Of a stretch of DNA of 64,000 bases, positions 1 to 12,957 are shown one piece after another. Position 1 is the stretch's first letter. Each line of letters opens with the position of its first letter. The notes under the pieces are model-generated. The model saw nothing but the letters and a program-made list of their open reading frames with translations. It was not told the origin of the DNA and made no database searches. The translations under genes were made by a program, and so were the position numbers. Source of the stretch: Octopus vulgaris (lineage: Eukaryota); the NCBI GenBank assembly GCA_951406725.2, contig OX597822.1, positions 46,500,001-46,564,000 on the forward strand, read 5' to 3'.

Positions 1-114
1 TGCATTACATGTATGTTATGTTTGTTTCATAGGAAGTGGGGGGTGGGTTCTTTTTTGTTTGGCTTATTTTAGTTGTTTTTACAGTTTTTTTTTTCTGTCT
101 TTCCATTAATAATA

Positions 115-149
<35 letters not shown>

Positions 150-304
150 ATTTCACTTTTCATCCTTCTAAGAGCTGATAATAAGAAAAGTATCAGTTAA
201 GTACTGGGATCAGTTTCATGAACTCAAACCTGCACCTCAAAATGTCAGGCCTTGTACCTATGTCAGAAACAACTATCATTATTATTATTATTATTATTAT
301 TTAA

Positions 305-515
305 AGCAGCAAGCTGGCAGAATCATTAGCACTCCGGGTAAAATGCTTAGTAGTATTTCGTCCATCTTCACGTTGTGAGTTCAAATTCTACTGAGGTTGA
401 CTTTGCCTTTCATCCTCTCAGGGTTGATTAAATAAGTACCAGTTACACACTGGGGTCGATGTAATCAACTTAATCCCTTCCCCAAAATTTGAGGCCTTGT
501 GCTTCCAGTAGAAAG
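305..515 (+). mobile_element. tRNA-derived SINE family B (core gcctttcatcctttcggggtcgataaa)
   Basis: A-box-like tggcagaatc and B-box-like gagttcaaat; the same core recurs at ~1465-1860, 5745-5935, 31220-31480, 39200-43200 and 47879-48110. Confidence 0.75.
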
Positions 516-533
516 AATTATTATTATTATTAT

Positions 534-1202
534 TGAAGACGTCACACAGTAAACTAATGTGATGTAAATTGAAGATATTGTGTGTCCCAGGGATTTGTAC
601 TGTCTTTCAAATTGCAATAAGGTCCTCAGACAGACAACACTTTCATGTAATATGTGTGCAGTTCCAAGCAAAACTAATTTTTGCAATAAACCAAGACTGT
701 AGGGTATTTCTAAAGTGTCCGGATGTTTCTTCAGGTTGGGTGGTATTGAACCCAATACTTTTAGACAATGGGAACAGCCTTTATGTTTGACCCTTGTAGC
801 TGCCACTTGGCGATCTCAATTTTCAGGTCTCCACATTTGTTGACCCTTTTCTGTTTCCTCTATGACAATAAGTTGATTTCCTGGCACTGCCACATCAATT
901 ATTAGGCACTCGTGCTTGTCCCTCTTAAAAGCTACTATGTCTGGCCTTCGGTGCTCTTAATACTTTGTCTGGATCCCCCAGAGGATCTTTGCCTTCCCAT
1001 TTTTGTCCATTACTTTTTCCAGTGTATGTTGATTCCAAGCACCTGTTACCTCATATCCATACTGCTGGCACTGTAGCCAGTGAAGATCTAAGGCTATCTT
1101 GTCATGTCTGTGCCTGTACCCTTTCTGTATAAGACTTTCACAAGCACTAACAGTGTGAGACATTCTTTCAACCTTCTCCCCACACATTCTACAGAGGTCC
1201 AT
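534..1202 (-). mobile_element. 3' fragment of an R4/Dong-like non-LTR retrotransposon (CCHC knuckle + restriction-like endonuclease), degenerate
   Basis: Minus-strand pieces read CRMC..SH..SAC..YRHRHDKIA..LHW..KILW, then RRPDIV..CLIIDVAVPG and LQKLVLLGTAHIL, the C-terminus of RLE-type LINEs; stops and frameshifts present; 3' end abuts an (ATT)n tract, the target type known for Dong elements. Confidence 0.75.
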
Positions 1203-1672
1203 TACACTTGTGTATTATATTGTATATTATTATTTAGGTACACGGCCAGTAATTTGGAGGAAGGTAGGGAGTTAGTTGATACCATTCACATCAGTATATG
1301 ACTGGTATATTATTTCAGCAACCTAAAAGGATAAAAATGACAAAGTTAACTTGGAAGCAATTTGAACTCAAAATGCAAACAGCAGGAATAAATACCACAA
1401 AATATTTTGCCCCAAACTCTAATGATTGTGTCAGTTCAATTTAATAATTATTATTATTATTTCTACTCTAGGGACACAGCCTTGAAAATTTGGGGAGAAG
1501 GGGGCTAGTTTATTATATCGACCCCAGTGCATAACTGGTAGTTTTTTAATTGACCCCGAAAGGATGTAAGGCAATGTCGACCTCAGCGGAATTTGAACTC
1601 AGAATGTTACATCAGATGAAATACCGCTAAGTATTTTGTCCAGCATGCTAACAATTCTGCCAGCTCACTGCC

Positions 1673-1703
<31 letters not shown>

Positions 1704-1912
1704 GAGTGATTTCAAATTTTTGCCACAAAGGTACCTTGGGGGAGGGGATTAAAGTGATTACATTAACCCCAGTGCATAACTGGTACTTATTTAATCGACC
1801 CCTTAAAGGATGAAAGGCAAAGTTGACCTCGGCAAAATTAGGACTTAGAATGTAGCTATAGGTGAAATACCGCTAATGATTCCTCCAGCTCAATAATAAC
1901 AATAATAATGGG

Positions 1913-2070
1913 AGCACAGGAGTGGCTGTGTGGTAAGAAGTTTGCTTCCCAGCTACATGGTTCCAGGTTCAGTCCCACTGCATAGCACCTTGGGCAAGTG
2001 TCTTCTACTATAGCCTCGGGTCAACCAAAGCCTTGTGAGTGGATTTGGTAGACAGAAACTGAAAGAAGCC

Positions 2071-2126
<56 letters not shown>

Positions 2127-2335
2127 TTGTGTGTGTGTGTGTGTCTGTTTTCCCCTTCCCACCATTACTTGACAACGGATGTTGGTGTGTTTATGTCCCC
2201 GTAACTTAGTGGTTCAGCAAAAGTGATCTATATAATAAGTACTAGGCTTACAAAGAACAAGTCCTGGGGTCGATTTGTTTGACTAAAGGAAATGCTCCAG
2301 CATGGCCGCAGTCAAATGACTCAAACAAATAAAGG
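1913..2335 (+). mobile_element. tRNA-derived SINE family A with internal (TA)n/(TG)n microsatellite
   Basis: Head tggctgtgtggtaag...ggttcagtccc (pol III boxes), internal microsatellite, tail gctccagcatggccgcagtcaaatgact; other copies at ~5142, 11725(-), 15140(-), 26530(-), 29830(-), 45276, 54318, 55780(-). Confidence 0.8.
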
Positions 2336-3378
2336 AAAAATGGTTTCAAATTTTTACACAAGGCCAGCAGTTTCAGGGGAGGCACTCAGTCAATTACATT
2401 GACCCCAGAAATCAACTGGTATTTATTTTATCGACACTGAAAGGATGAAAAGCAAAGTTGACTTCAGTGGAATTTGAAACTCAGAACATGAGGTCAGACA
2501 AAATGCTGCAAAGCATTTTGTCCAGTATGCTAGCAATTTCTGCTAGTTTCCACCTTTGATAATAATAATTCCTTATTTAGGTACAAGGTCAGTGGTTTTG
2601 AAAGGTGGGGACAAAATATAATATTGGTCAAGTACTTGGGTTGATACCATTCACCACAGCACTTGCTTGGTGCTTTATTTTATTGACACCAGAGAGCTGA
2701 AAGACAAAGTCGACCTTCACAGAATAATAATAATAATAATAATAAATGCCCTGTTGAAAAACCAGGCAGTGGTTTTCATGGCTTCTCATCTTAACTGATT
2801 GTAAGTATTATTATGTACATGTTTTGTCTGAGTGTAAAAGGTAAGCTATAGCAAATATTCTGCTCAATACCATGCACTGTTTATCTTGATGTGAGGTTAC
2901 CATGTTGTGCACATATGGTTGTAATGCATATACCCAGTGTACCCTTATCAGATGGGTAATCGTAACAGTTATGTATTGGGTTTTGCATATTTGTACCTCA
3001 GTATGACTTTGATAACATGCACTGCTCTCCTATGCAATAACAGGTCCTAAGACAGACACAAGACCAGAAATTATGGAAGTGGAGTAAGTCTGTTATACAA
3101 AATGCTCTTGCAGTATTTAGTCTGCTTTACCTCCGTACCTTTGTGTTCTGAGTTCAAACCTCAGTGAAGTGAACTTACCTTCCATCCTCCAGAGGTTGAG
3201 AGAATAGTGAACCAGTCAAACACTGGCATCACAAATAATTGACTGTAGTTCAGCCCTTGTTTCTTCATCAGTAAACCATTTTTATATTTATTCAGCACAT
3301 TGGTTGCAAAAATCAGTGGAGCAAGGTACAAATTACTCTTCCAGTATTTCTTCTTTGGCAGCAGGACATTGGATAACC

Positions 3379-4040
3379 GACTAGGCAGAGGATTCCTAGA
3401 CAAGCAACTTGAAGCATACTGCAGCCAAGCAGAATATATATACTATTAGACAATGGTTGGGCATCAACTAGCAAGTGAACTGCTACTGCCGGGCAGCCCT
3501 GTCATTAACCTTGTTGGTTGTACTCTTGCAATATTTAGTTACAGTGCTTTCTGGGTGTCCAAGATCTAATCTTTCCTTGGTTAACTTTGCCGTTCATCAA
3601 TCTGTGTTCAATAAATTACAGTATTAGAGTTCTATATAATCAGCCAAATCCCTCATCCTTAATTTCTGGCTTTTTGCCAATGTCAAAAACCTTTCATTTT
3701 TGTCTTTCTGACAAGGCAGAGGTGTCTTAGACCAACGGCTTGAAGGTTATTGCAACCAAGCAGAAGATCCGTACCATCAGACAATGGTTGTGCATCAACT
3801 AGCAAGTAAACTGCTACTGCAGGGCAACCTCATCGTCAATCTTGTTTGTTTTATTCTTGCAGTATTTAGTTACATTGCTTTATGGATGTGCAAGATCAAA
3901 TCTTTCTTAGGTTGACTTTACCTTTCATCAATCCTTGTTCGATAAATTACAGTAATGGGGTCCTGTATAATCAACCATATCCCTTGTCCTTAATTTCTGG
4001 CTTCTTGCCAATGTCAAAAACCTTTCATTTTTGTTTTTGT
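3379..4040. repeat. Diverged tandem duplication, two units of ~331 bp
   Basis: agacaatggttg.gcatcaactagcaagt.aactgctactgc and aatttctggctt.ttgccaatgtcaaaaacctttcattttt each occur twice, ~330-340 bp apart. Confidence 0.8.
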
Positions 4041-6768
4041 AGTGATGGGTAGGCACATTTTCATGACGGGTCTCTCTCTGCTAATCTCAGCTACAGAACC
4101 AGGTGAGCGTAAGATGCATGCCACTGACCAAACTTGGCTGTTTGCATTTACTGACCTGTTCATTCTTGTTTGGACTTGATAGCATTCCAGTTGTCTTCAC
4201 TGGCTGATGAACACTCCAATTTTTATTTCTCTCAGCTCTCTATGTGATGCATATGTGTGTGTGTGTGTGTGTGTGTGCTTGTGTGTATGCACAACAGTCT
4301 ACTTGCTGTGTGTGTGCACGCACATTTTACTTGCTATGGCAGTGAGACAGTATGTGTCATTTAATAAGTGTGTGTCTGTATGTGCAAGTATGAATTATTA
4401 AGAGTTTTTGTATATGCGTACTTTAACTTCCTCATAAGTTAAAAACTAACGTACGACACATTGTTATCAACATGGAGGAGATAATCTCCCCATTTCAGAA
4501 TATATCCTACATGGAAAGGAAGAAAATGTAGTCTAAAAATCAGACAGTTATCTCCATGTATGACCAAATATGTCCAACAAAGTTTGATATAGTCTCACTA
4601 TGTTATCATTATCAACATGTAGGACACCGTGTGACCTACATTAGATTGGTGTGTTCTGTAACACATTGGATGGTGAGAGTGAAATAAAGAATTTAAATAT
4701 CTGAGGTGAGTTATTGTTCATAAGATTATAATGTATTATGATTTATTATAATTTATTACAATTTATTATAATTTATTTACTTTGTCTTTAGAGATGGGAA
4801 ATTTTCAATATTTACAACTACACTACAGCCCAGGCAGGTTAATTTCCAATCCTCATCAAATATTTTATTCCTGGATGTTTTCACAGTAATAGAATGGATT
4901 TGAACTAGGATCCTTCATTTCTTAAGTAAAGTTTATAACATTCTTATTAACTAGACCAGTGTTTCTCAGACAAGGGTAAAGATTTAAAAGGAAACAAATT
5001 GCCATGTTTAATAAAATCAAAATGGTTTCCAACTTTTTATAAACTTGTTAATTACCAGAATTAGTATCATTATCATTTAACATCCGTTTTCCATGGATTG
5101 GATATAACAACAAACTAACTATGAATTGTAAGAACTGTACTATGGCTGCGTAGTAAAAAGCTTGCTTACCAACCACATGTTTCCGGGTTCAGTCCTACTG
5201 CATGGCACCTTGAGCAGGTGTCTTTGGCTATAGCCTTGGACTGACCAAAGCCTTGTTAGTGGATTTAATAGACAGAAACTGAAAGAAGCCTGTCATATAT
5301 ATCTATATATGTATATATATACATAGATATATGTGTGTGTGTGTTTGTTCCTCACTACTGCTTGGCAACCAGTGTTAGTGTTTTTACAGCCCCTTAACTT
5401 AGTGTTTCAGCAAAAGAGAGTGATATGATAAGTACCACACTTTCTTTACAAAAGAGAAGTACTGAAGTTCATTCTATTAAACTAAAACTTCTTCAGGTGG
5501 TGTCCCAGCATAGCCACAGTCTAAGGACTGAAACAAGTAAAAGATAAAAAATGTGAATTCTTCATATTACTTTAATTCAGATTCAAATTTCCTATCCCAC
5601 CTCCCTGTGGGGAGATAGTTACCTCCTTTTGTGTTTATGGCCATCTAGAGGGCACCACATATTTGAAACTATTTTTGTCTTTCATTAATAAAAAGTTGGC
5701 AGAATGACAAAAAATTCCACTAATATTTCTGTTTGCTTACAGTGGTGAGCTAGCAGAAACGTTAGCACGCCAGACGAAATGCTTAGTGATATTTCATCTG
5801 TCTTTATGTTCTGAGTTCAAATTCCACCAAGATCAACTTTGCCTTTCATCATTTTGGTGGGGGTCGATAGATTAAGTACCAGTTGTGTAGTGGGGGGTCA
5901 TTCTCAAAAATTTCAAGCCTTGTGCCTAGCGTAGAAAAGAATATTGAGGGTAGGGTATTTGTCAATTTGAGAACCACTGCACTGAACAGTTCATGTTTGG
6001 GACTGACCACATAAATATAGATGTTGAAAGATATGTAAATATTGCAAAATCCATCATCTCTAAAGATGAAATTAACCTTTAGCATGCTGAAGGCACATCA
6101 TGTCACCATATAAGTTGTCTCCCTTCTCAGTGCAACACAGTATACCGTCAGCTACAGGGGAGAAAACTCATACAGCAACATGATGCATCTAAGCATATAA
6201 AGGTTACATATTGGGTAAACTGTAATTGTATAAAGACTGTATTTTCATATTGTATATATTTATGGTAAGTCACCTCTGGTTGAAGATACCTGCTTTTTCT
6301 ACAGCCAGATGTCTATTCTTTTGCCAAACTTCACCTCTTTCCATGCAATGTAATATTTCTCCATTGTCAGATATGTTTTTCATGAAAGATCAGAAATGAA
6401 GGACACTGCATGATAATGGCATCCATTTACAACTATTCTCTTAGCTTCCATCTACCAAATCTACTCATAAGGCTTTGGCAGATATGAGCCATAGAGGAAA
6501 ACGCTTGCCCAAAGTTGAATTTGAACTCAGGACATTGAGAATCAGAAGAAACAAGGATGATATTATTGATATCATTCATATGAATGCAGCTCTGTTCAAC
6601 TCACTACTTCACCAGAAACAATTCAGGAAATGAATGTGAAATAAAAGAAAAAACAAGGAAAACACAATCGCACTAAAGATAGTGCTTCAGCATGGCCACA
6701 GCCTCTGGCTGAAACCAATAAAAGCAAAAGTCTGATTCATTTATACGAAAAGAATAAATATCTGTTGC

Positions 6769-6780
6769 TTTATTTTTATT
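6769..6780 (-). terminator. Tandem AATAAA polyadenylation signals of the alpha-tubulin gene
   Basis: tttatt twice on + strand, ~280 nt downstream of the tubulin stop codon. Confidence 0.5.
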
Positions 6781-7057
6781 CTTGTTTAAATTACACTTCA
6801 AATGGTTTTTGTGGAAAAAATATAACAACAGGAACACAAGCAAATAGGTGCAAATGTGTAGAATGAAAAATGTTACACTGATGTGAGAGACAAATGTTGA
6901 AAAGAGAGAGTGTATATTTCAGAAGCTACGTGTAAATACAATGTTGAAATTGTTCCTACTTTCACATTCAGTGAAATAAATGAAAATTGTTCCTGTTCTC
7001 ACATTCAGTGAGTGTAATGTCATCCGACAGTCTAGAAGTGACTCTGTTTTAATATGT

Positions 7058-8016
7058 TCAATATTCTGCCACTCCTTGTTCCTCTTCATCCACAAATACT
7101 GTGTCAGCACCAGCCTCCTTGTAGTCTTCTTCCAGTGCAGCCATATTTTCTCGTGTCTCAAGAAATTCATCTAATGTCATGCCTTCAGAAATATACCAAT
7201 GAACAAAAGCTTTTTTGCGAAACATTAAATCAAATTTGTAATCAAGACGTGCCCAGGCTTCACGAATTGCTGTTGTATTACTAAGCATGCAAACAGCTCG
7301 AATAGAATTCCCTATGTCACTACCAGGAACTGAAAATGGGGGTTGACTGTTGATGCCTATTTTGAATCCAGTCGGACACCAGTCAACAAAATGTACCTTG
7401 CTTGATCGCTTGATGTTTTGCAATGCATAATTAACCTTACTTGGGCAAACATCGCCTCTGTAGAGGAGGCAACATGCCATGTATTTACCAGATTGAGGTG
7501 AACAATTAACCATTTGATTGTGAGGTGCAAAACACTGGTTGGTTAAATGTTGAATGCTTACCACTGAGCGTAAAATATTCACGTCTGACATTAGTGGAGA
7601 GTAAGTGGCCAGGGGAAAGTGAATTCGAGGATAAGGTACCAGGTTGGTCTGAAATGCACTAAGGTTTACTTGAAGGGAACCTTCAAAACGTAGTGGGGTT
7701 GTAATTGAGCTGAGTACATGAGAAATGACCTGGTTCAGGTTTTTGTACATTGGACGTGAAACTTTAAGCTTGTTATGACAGATTTTATAAATAGCTTCAT
7801 TGTCAAGAAGGAAACTGCAGTCGGAATGGTCCATAGTGCAGTGTGTGGTGAGCAGTGAGTTGTATGGTTCCACCATGCTTGTCGATAAATGAGGTGACGG
7901 GTAAACAATGAAATTAATCTTTGATTTCTTTGGAAAGAGCTGACTAAGAGCTTGTGCTAGGATTGCTGTGAAACCAGAACCGGTACCGCCACCTAAACTG
8001 TGAGAAATAAGGAAAC
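7058..8016 (-). CDS. TUBA: Divergent alpha-tubulin, last coding exon (G134 to C-terminal ..EEEQGVAEY*)
   Basis: GGGTGSG signature, [38 protein letters not shown], terminal Tyr; acceptor tttcag at 8017-8022; phase 1 matches the previous exon (G|GT). Confidence 0.95.
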
Positions 8017-8875
8017 CTGAAATGACAGCAATGTATATTGTCACTAGTGACAGAAATGATGTTCTTTATAGAAATACTGACATTGGAACATTGGTATATT
8101 GTCATTGTACTTGTTGTTTAGCCCCAGGTCAGCCTTGATCAAGCAGGTTTAGGATCAAAGACATTCAAATCTTGACCATTACACTGATTTTTGCCTTCTT
8201 TTTTCAGATAGCATATTCAAGATTATATTATCCAATGTGTTGGTCTTCCTTTTAAGACAGTAGGGTGTATTTTGAGGGGAAATTTGGTTGCTATTTATAG
8301 CTGTTTGAGGGACCACATAGAAGCTCCTTTGCTGTTTCATTAATCTACAGCGGATACAGGAGAAGTTCACCTTAGTACTGCAAGTTATTGAAACATTCAG
8401 CAATTACAGAATACCTCCACTACTTCCAGCAGTGAACTGTACTTCTCTACCTGACATATTGACCACGGGCTGGAATGTTAAGAGAAGAGTGTCATTACGA
8501 TAGACACAGTACAATACAAGAGGCAGGTAAAACATCAAACAATTCTTTCTAAACAAACATTATCAACACTGGAGAAAGCAAACCAATGAGAGAGTCACTG
8601 TGTAGTCATTTGAGTTGCTGGATACAACAGCCAGTTCTTCCTCGGATCACACTGCACCCTACTGTCTTAGGGAGGGCACATTGGATAATGTTGTCCTGGA
8701 TATGTTATGCCTGAATAAAAGACAGGATGGTCATGGCAGGTACATATGGCTATCCTAGACTAAACAACAACAACTCAATATACTATATAAACTCTATATC
8801 ATATTTAAGATAAACTACATATATACCTGATATACATATACATACAGACATGTACACACACACACGCATATATAA

Positions 8876-8923
<48 letters not shown>

Positions 8924-8977
8924 CGTTTTGGGATTTGGTTTGCAAGATTCTTTATGTGAGTTTGTGTGTTGAAGCAT

Positions 8978-9213
8978 ATTTTGTTGTGTCTGGGCAGAGT
9001 CATTCTCCTTTAGTGCCTTATTATTTAACACACTCACCGGTAAAGTTTCCACTAATTTACTTATTTATATTTTCCTAAAAGAGTCAACGATTATTGAAAA
9101 AGTTGCAAGATGCAATGAAAATTTTAAGAAAAATAAATGAGTGGAAACTTTACCAGTGAGTGTGTTAGATAATAAGACACTAAAAGAGAATGACTCTCCA
9201 GACACAACAAAGT
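8978..9213. repeat. Fold-back inverted repeat (~80-100 bp arms) inserted in (TA)n
   Basis: tttgttgtgtctgg..agagtcattctc..acacactcaccggtaaagtttccact is mirrored by agtggaaactttaccagtgagtgtgtt..gagaatgactctccagacacaacaaa. Confidence 0.8.
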
Positions 9214-10149
9214 ATATATATATATGTATATATAATATTTATATATATATATGTATATATAATATTAACATATATATATGACTAGAGCAGATAAGAGAGC
9301 TGAGGTGAGGGAGTACATGTTTATTCCATTATCTGCTCTGTTCATATGCATTCTCTCCGTTCCTGTATCTACTGGATTTTCAGAATCAAGCAAAGATTTA
9401 TCCTCACCCCAACCACAGTCATTCTTGTTAATTAGATCGAGGTGGGGCTCTTATTGAGAAGGTCTATGATCAAAAACATTCCAACTTCAAACATCACTCC
9501 ATATTTTCAGGCACTGTGTGTCTTGGATGACATTCTTCCAATGTCTTCCTTTCTTTAAAATGGTAGAGAATGATTTGAGGGAATTTAGCCACTATTTCCT
9601 GATAGTTGAGCAACTGCATAGGGGCTCCATCATTGGCTTTTAAAAATTTGCAAGATGCTGTCCTGAGACAGATTTAATCAGCCCTTGCTAGCAAGGAAAA
9701 ATGGGTATAAGACGATGATGATGAGGGTGGGGTTGGTATATACTAAACTGATAAACAGAGACAGAGGGGGAGGGTCTCATCCACCTAGGAAAACAAGCCA
9801 TCACCACTCCTCAAATGACACCCTTCAGTCTTAAAAGGAATGAAGAACACATTAATTAATGTAATCCTAGATACACTGTCTTCTGAAAGAAAATTGGCAT
9901 TGTCATGATGGAAATGTTATTGGTCATTGGTCTTCTGGATCAAGACTGACCCGAATCTAAACAACAACAACTGCAACTAATACAATATTAGAAAATATTT
10001 TATTTTCCTTCTTTCTTTACTTCTTTTTTGATCCACGCCATCTTTCATATTTTCCATTGAATTTCTTCTATGAAGAAAATGGTTTTCAATTGTGAAGCTC
10101 TCTCCATAAATTTCTCCCTGTACATTGATCTTCGTTGGCTGTGCTGATG

Positions 10150-10780
10150 AGTATCAAAATAGCCATCTATGCATCATATTTAATGTATACACAGTTGATA
10201 GGCTGTCTACTGCAGTATTTAACCTGAAGTAATATCTCTTGTGGACTTGCTGTGTTAAAAACAATAAGTATCAAAGAGAAGCGAAAATTCCTCCCAAAAG
10301 CGACCAGTGAGAGCACCAGATGTATTTTGACCATTTTGGACCTTTTCAATGGTACATACTCACAGCCAGTCACATGCTCAGATGGAAAAATGAAGAAAAG
10401 TTTCACTGGTATTACAAATAGTTGCCCGGTTGATTAAAACTTTGGTATAAGCAACTGAGACAGTATCAGATTAAAATAACCATCTATGTATAATAGTTAA
10501 TGTATACACGCTGTTGATAGGCTAGTTACTGCAGTATTTGTCCTAAGACATTATCTCTTACGCACATGCTAAAAAAAAAACTATAGGTATCGTAAAAAGC
10601 AAGAGAGACAAAAACTCATCTAGCAAAAACACCAAAGGCATTTCAGCATTTTTAGGCCCTCAGCCATTCATATTTTCAGCTGAATAATCATCATCCCTGA
10701 TACAGAGAAAAATAAGTAAAACACTCACTGTTTGATTAACTAAATTCATTGAAATTGTGTCTAAGTGACTAAATCAGCAC
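10150..10780. repeat. Diverged tandem duplication, two units of ~317 bp
   Basis: aaaata.ccatctatg.at.ata.ttaatgtatacac..gttgataggct...tactgcagtattt occurs at ~10156 and ~10473. Confidence 0.65.
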
Positions 10781-12957
10781 AATGACATTCCTGTATTTTT
10801 TAGGATACACAAAACTACATTATCTAATGGACCTTTTCCTTCTTTAAGGTGATATGATGTGATTTGAGGGATATTTTGCTGCTATTTCTAGCAGGTTGAT
10901 CAAGCAGAAAGAAGATCCTCCACTGGCTCATCCTACAGTGGGAGATAATATCTCCCCCTGGTGTTATGACAACTGCCAGAATCCTGTATGAAATTATTAC
11001 AATGGTTATTTATGAATGGCAGTGGGACAGTGTTTTGGCTGTAATTAATTAATTAATTCACTTAATTAGGGGGTTTAACACTTTGTATGTGGGAAGTGGA
11101 TGCCTCCACTCAACTATGGCTTCCAAAGAAAAAAACTCTCCTTAAGCTGTGAGAAATGGAGACTCGCCACTGGCATGTTTTGCAAATGACAACTTTTTAG
11201 ATTTTTTTTATTTTTTTCCCCCATGTTTCATCAAATATCTCTTTACAGAGGAAGAAACTTTAAGGGTGCTTATGAAAGCTGTATCTTCAGGAGACACTAA
11301 AAAAGTATTGCAGAAGCAGAAAATATCAACAATGACCATAAAATTTAATTATGCAGTCAAAGGGTTGATTTAAAATTCTTCTTCCCACAGCTGTAAAATC
11401 ATTGCCAAAGCTGACAGTGGAGTTTGGCACGTGCTTTGGCTCACCAGCTCCTGTCAAGCTGTCTAACCCATGCCAGCATGTAAGACTGATGGTAGTAAGG
11501 ATACACATGATCACACATTTTTGAGAGATGAAACGATTGATTATATCAATCTTCGCACTTGACTGGTTTTTATTTTATCAGCCCTGAAAGTATGAAAAAT
11601 AAAGTCAACTGAACAGGGTTTGGAATCGGTATGCCAATGATTACACTTTGTAACACTAATCGGACTGGTTTCACTACATAAGTAATTCATCCTTCAGATG
11701 CTGTTGTAAAGGAGTTATTCTTCTATTCTTTTATTTAACTGTGGCCATGCTGGAGCACCGCCTTTAGTCGAAAAGATTGACTCCCCAGGGCTTATTCTTT
11801 ATAAGCCTGATACTTATGCTATCAGTCTCTGTTGCTGAATTGCTAAGTTATGGGGACGTAAACACAGCAACATCCGTTGCCAAGTGGTGGTTGTGGTGGG
11901 ACAAATACACACGCACATACAAATATATATATATATGATGGGCTTCATTCAGTTTCCATCTACCAAAATCCACTCGCAAGGCTTTAGTAGAAGATATATG
12001 CCTAAGGTGCCACGCAGCGGGACTGAACCTGGAACCATGTGGTTGGTAAGTAAGCTATTTATCACACAGCCACATCTGTGCCTATTGCTTGTTTGAAAAT
12101 TTTTTTTCCCATCAAATTTCTCCTATTGCTTACAGCAGGTTTACACTTTGATTCAATGCTAGGACTTGTGGTTTTCTAACCAGGAAATAGATTTTTGACT
12201 GATAGCATTATCACAGATGTGTACAATAAGATATATTGTAGAGAGCATTAGAAAAAGACCAGATCTACAAAGAAAGATGGGGACAAACCAGAACAAAGAA
12301 ACAGGTAGGAGAACAGAGAACAGACACAGTCATGTGTCATGTCAGCGCTGTTCAAATTCTGCTGTTGTCTGACAACCAGAAATGTCAACCTAAAATTCTG
12401 CAACCAGTAGTGTAGCTGGTGGGGTGTGTGGCACTTTGGGGTATGCCATATAAATCTGTATAAGCTTGAGTAATGGTGGGGGTAGAGAGGGGAGGTTGAG
12501 TCAAGGGTTGCCCTAGGTTGTATATGTTTTACATACACCACTTTTTGCAACAATTGAACTGCTACTAAAAATCTCCCATGCATACTATGGCTGGGGACAC
12601 TAACATTCATTCACTCACCCTCTCTCTGCTTATCTCACTCATTCACACATAATCACAAAAGCTGTCCAACCAAGGTGATACTATGAACAGAACTTTCTGA
12701 TATTATTCTGTTGTTTTTCATTGGACCATCATGTCTAATACAAGCTTTAAGCAATAAACATATGATGAATTATCAACAACACTTTTCCTTTCATCTCATT
12801 CTTAATATCGTAACACATTCATTTCATCTTATTGTTAAATGTTTAAATAAAATAAACGGTAGAATTAAAGAGCTGCAGATACTTATGGATACTTACGTCG
12901 GATCTCAATTTTACAGAGAAGTGCAAGGTTTTGAGTGTAACAACTACATGCTAACAA

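Noticed and set aside
1913-1990. tRNA gene-like pol III boxes in SINE heads
   Set aside because: No complete cloverleaf; they continue into SINE bodies present in many copies
8017-8044. ORF-track N-terminus MTIYIAVIS of the 328-aa tubulin ORF
   Set aside because: Intronic sequence upstream of the splice acceptor at 8017
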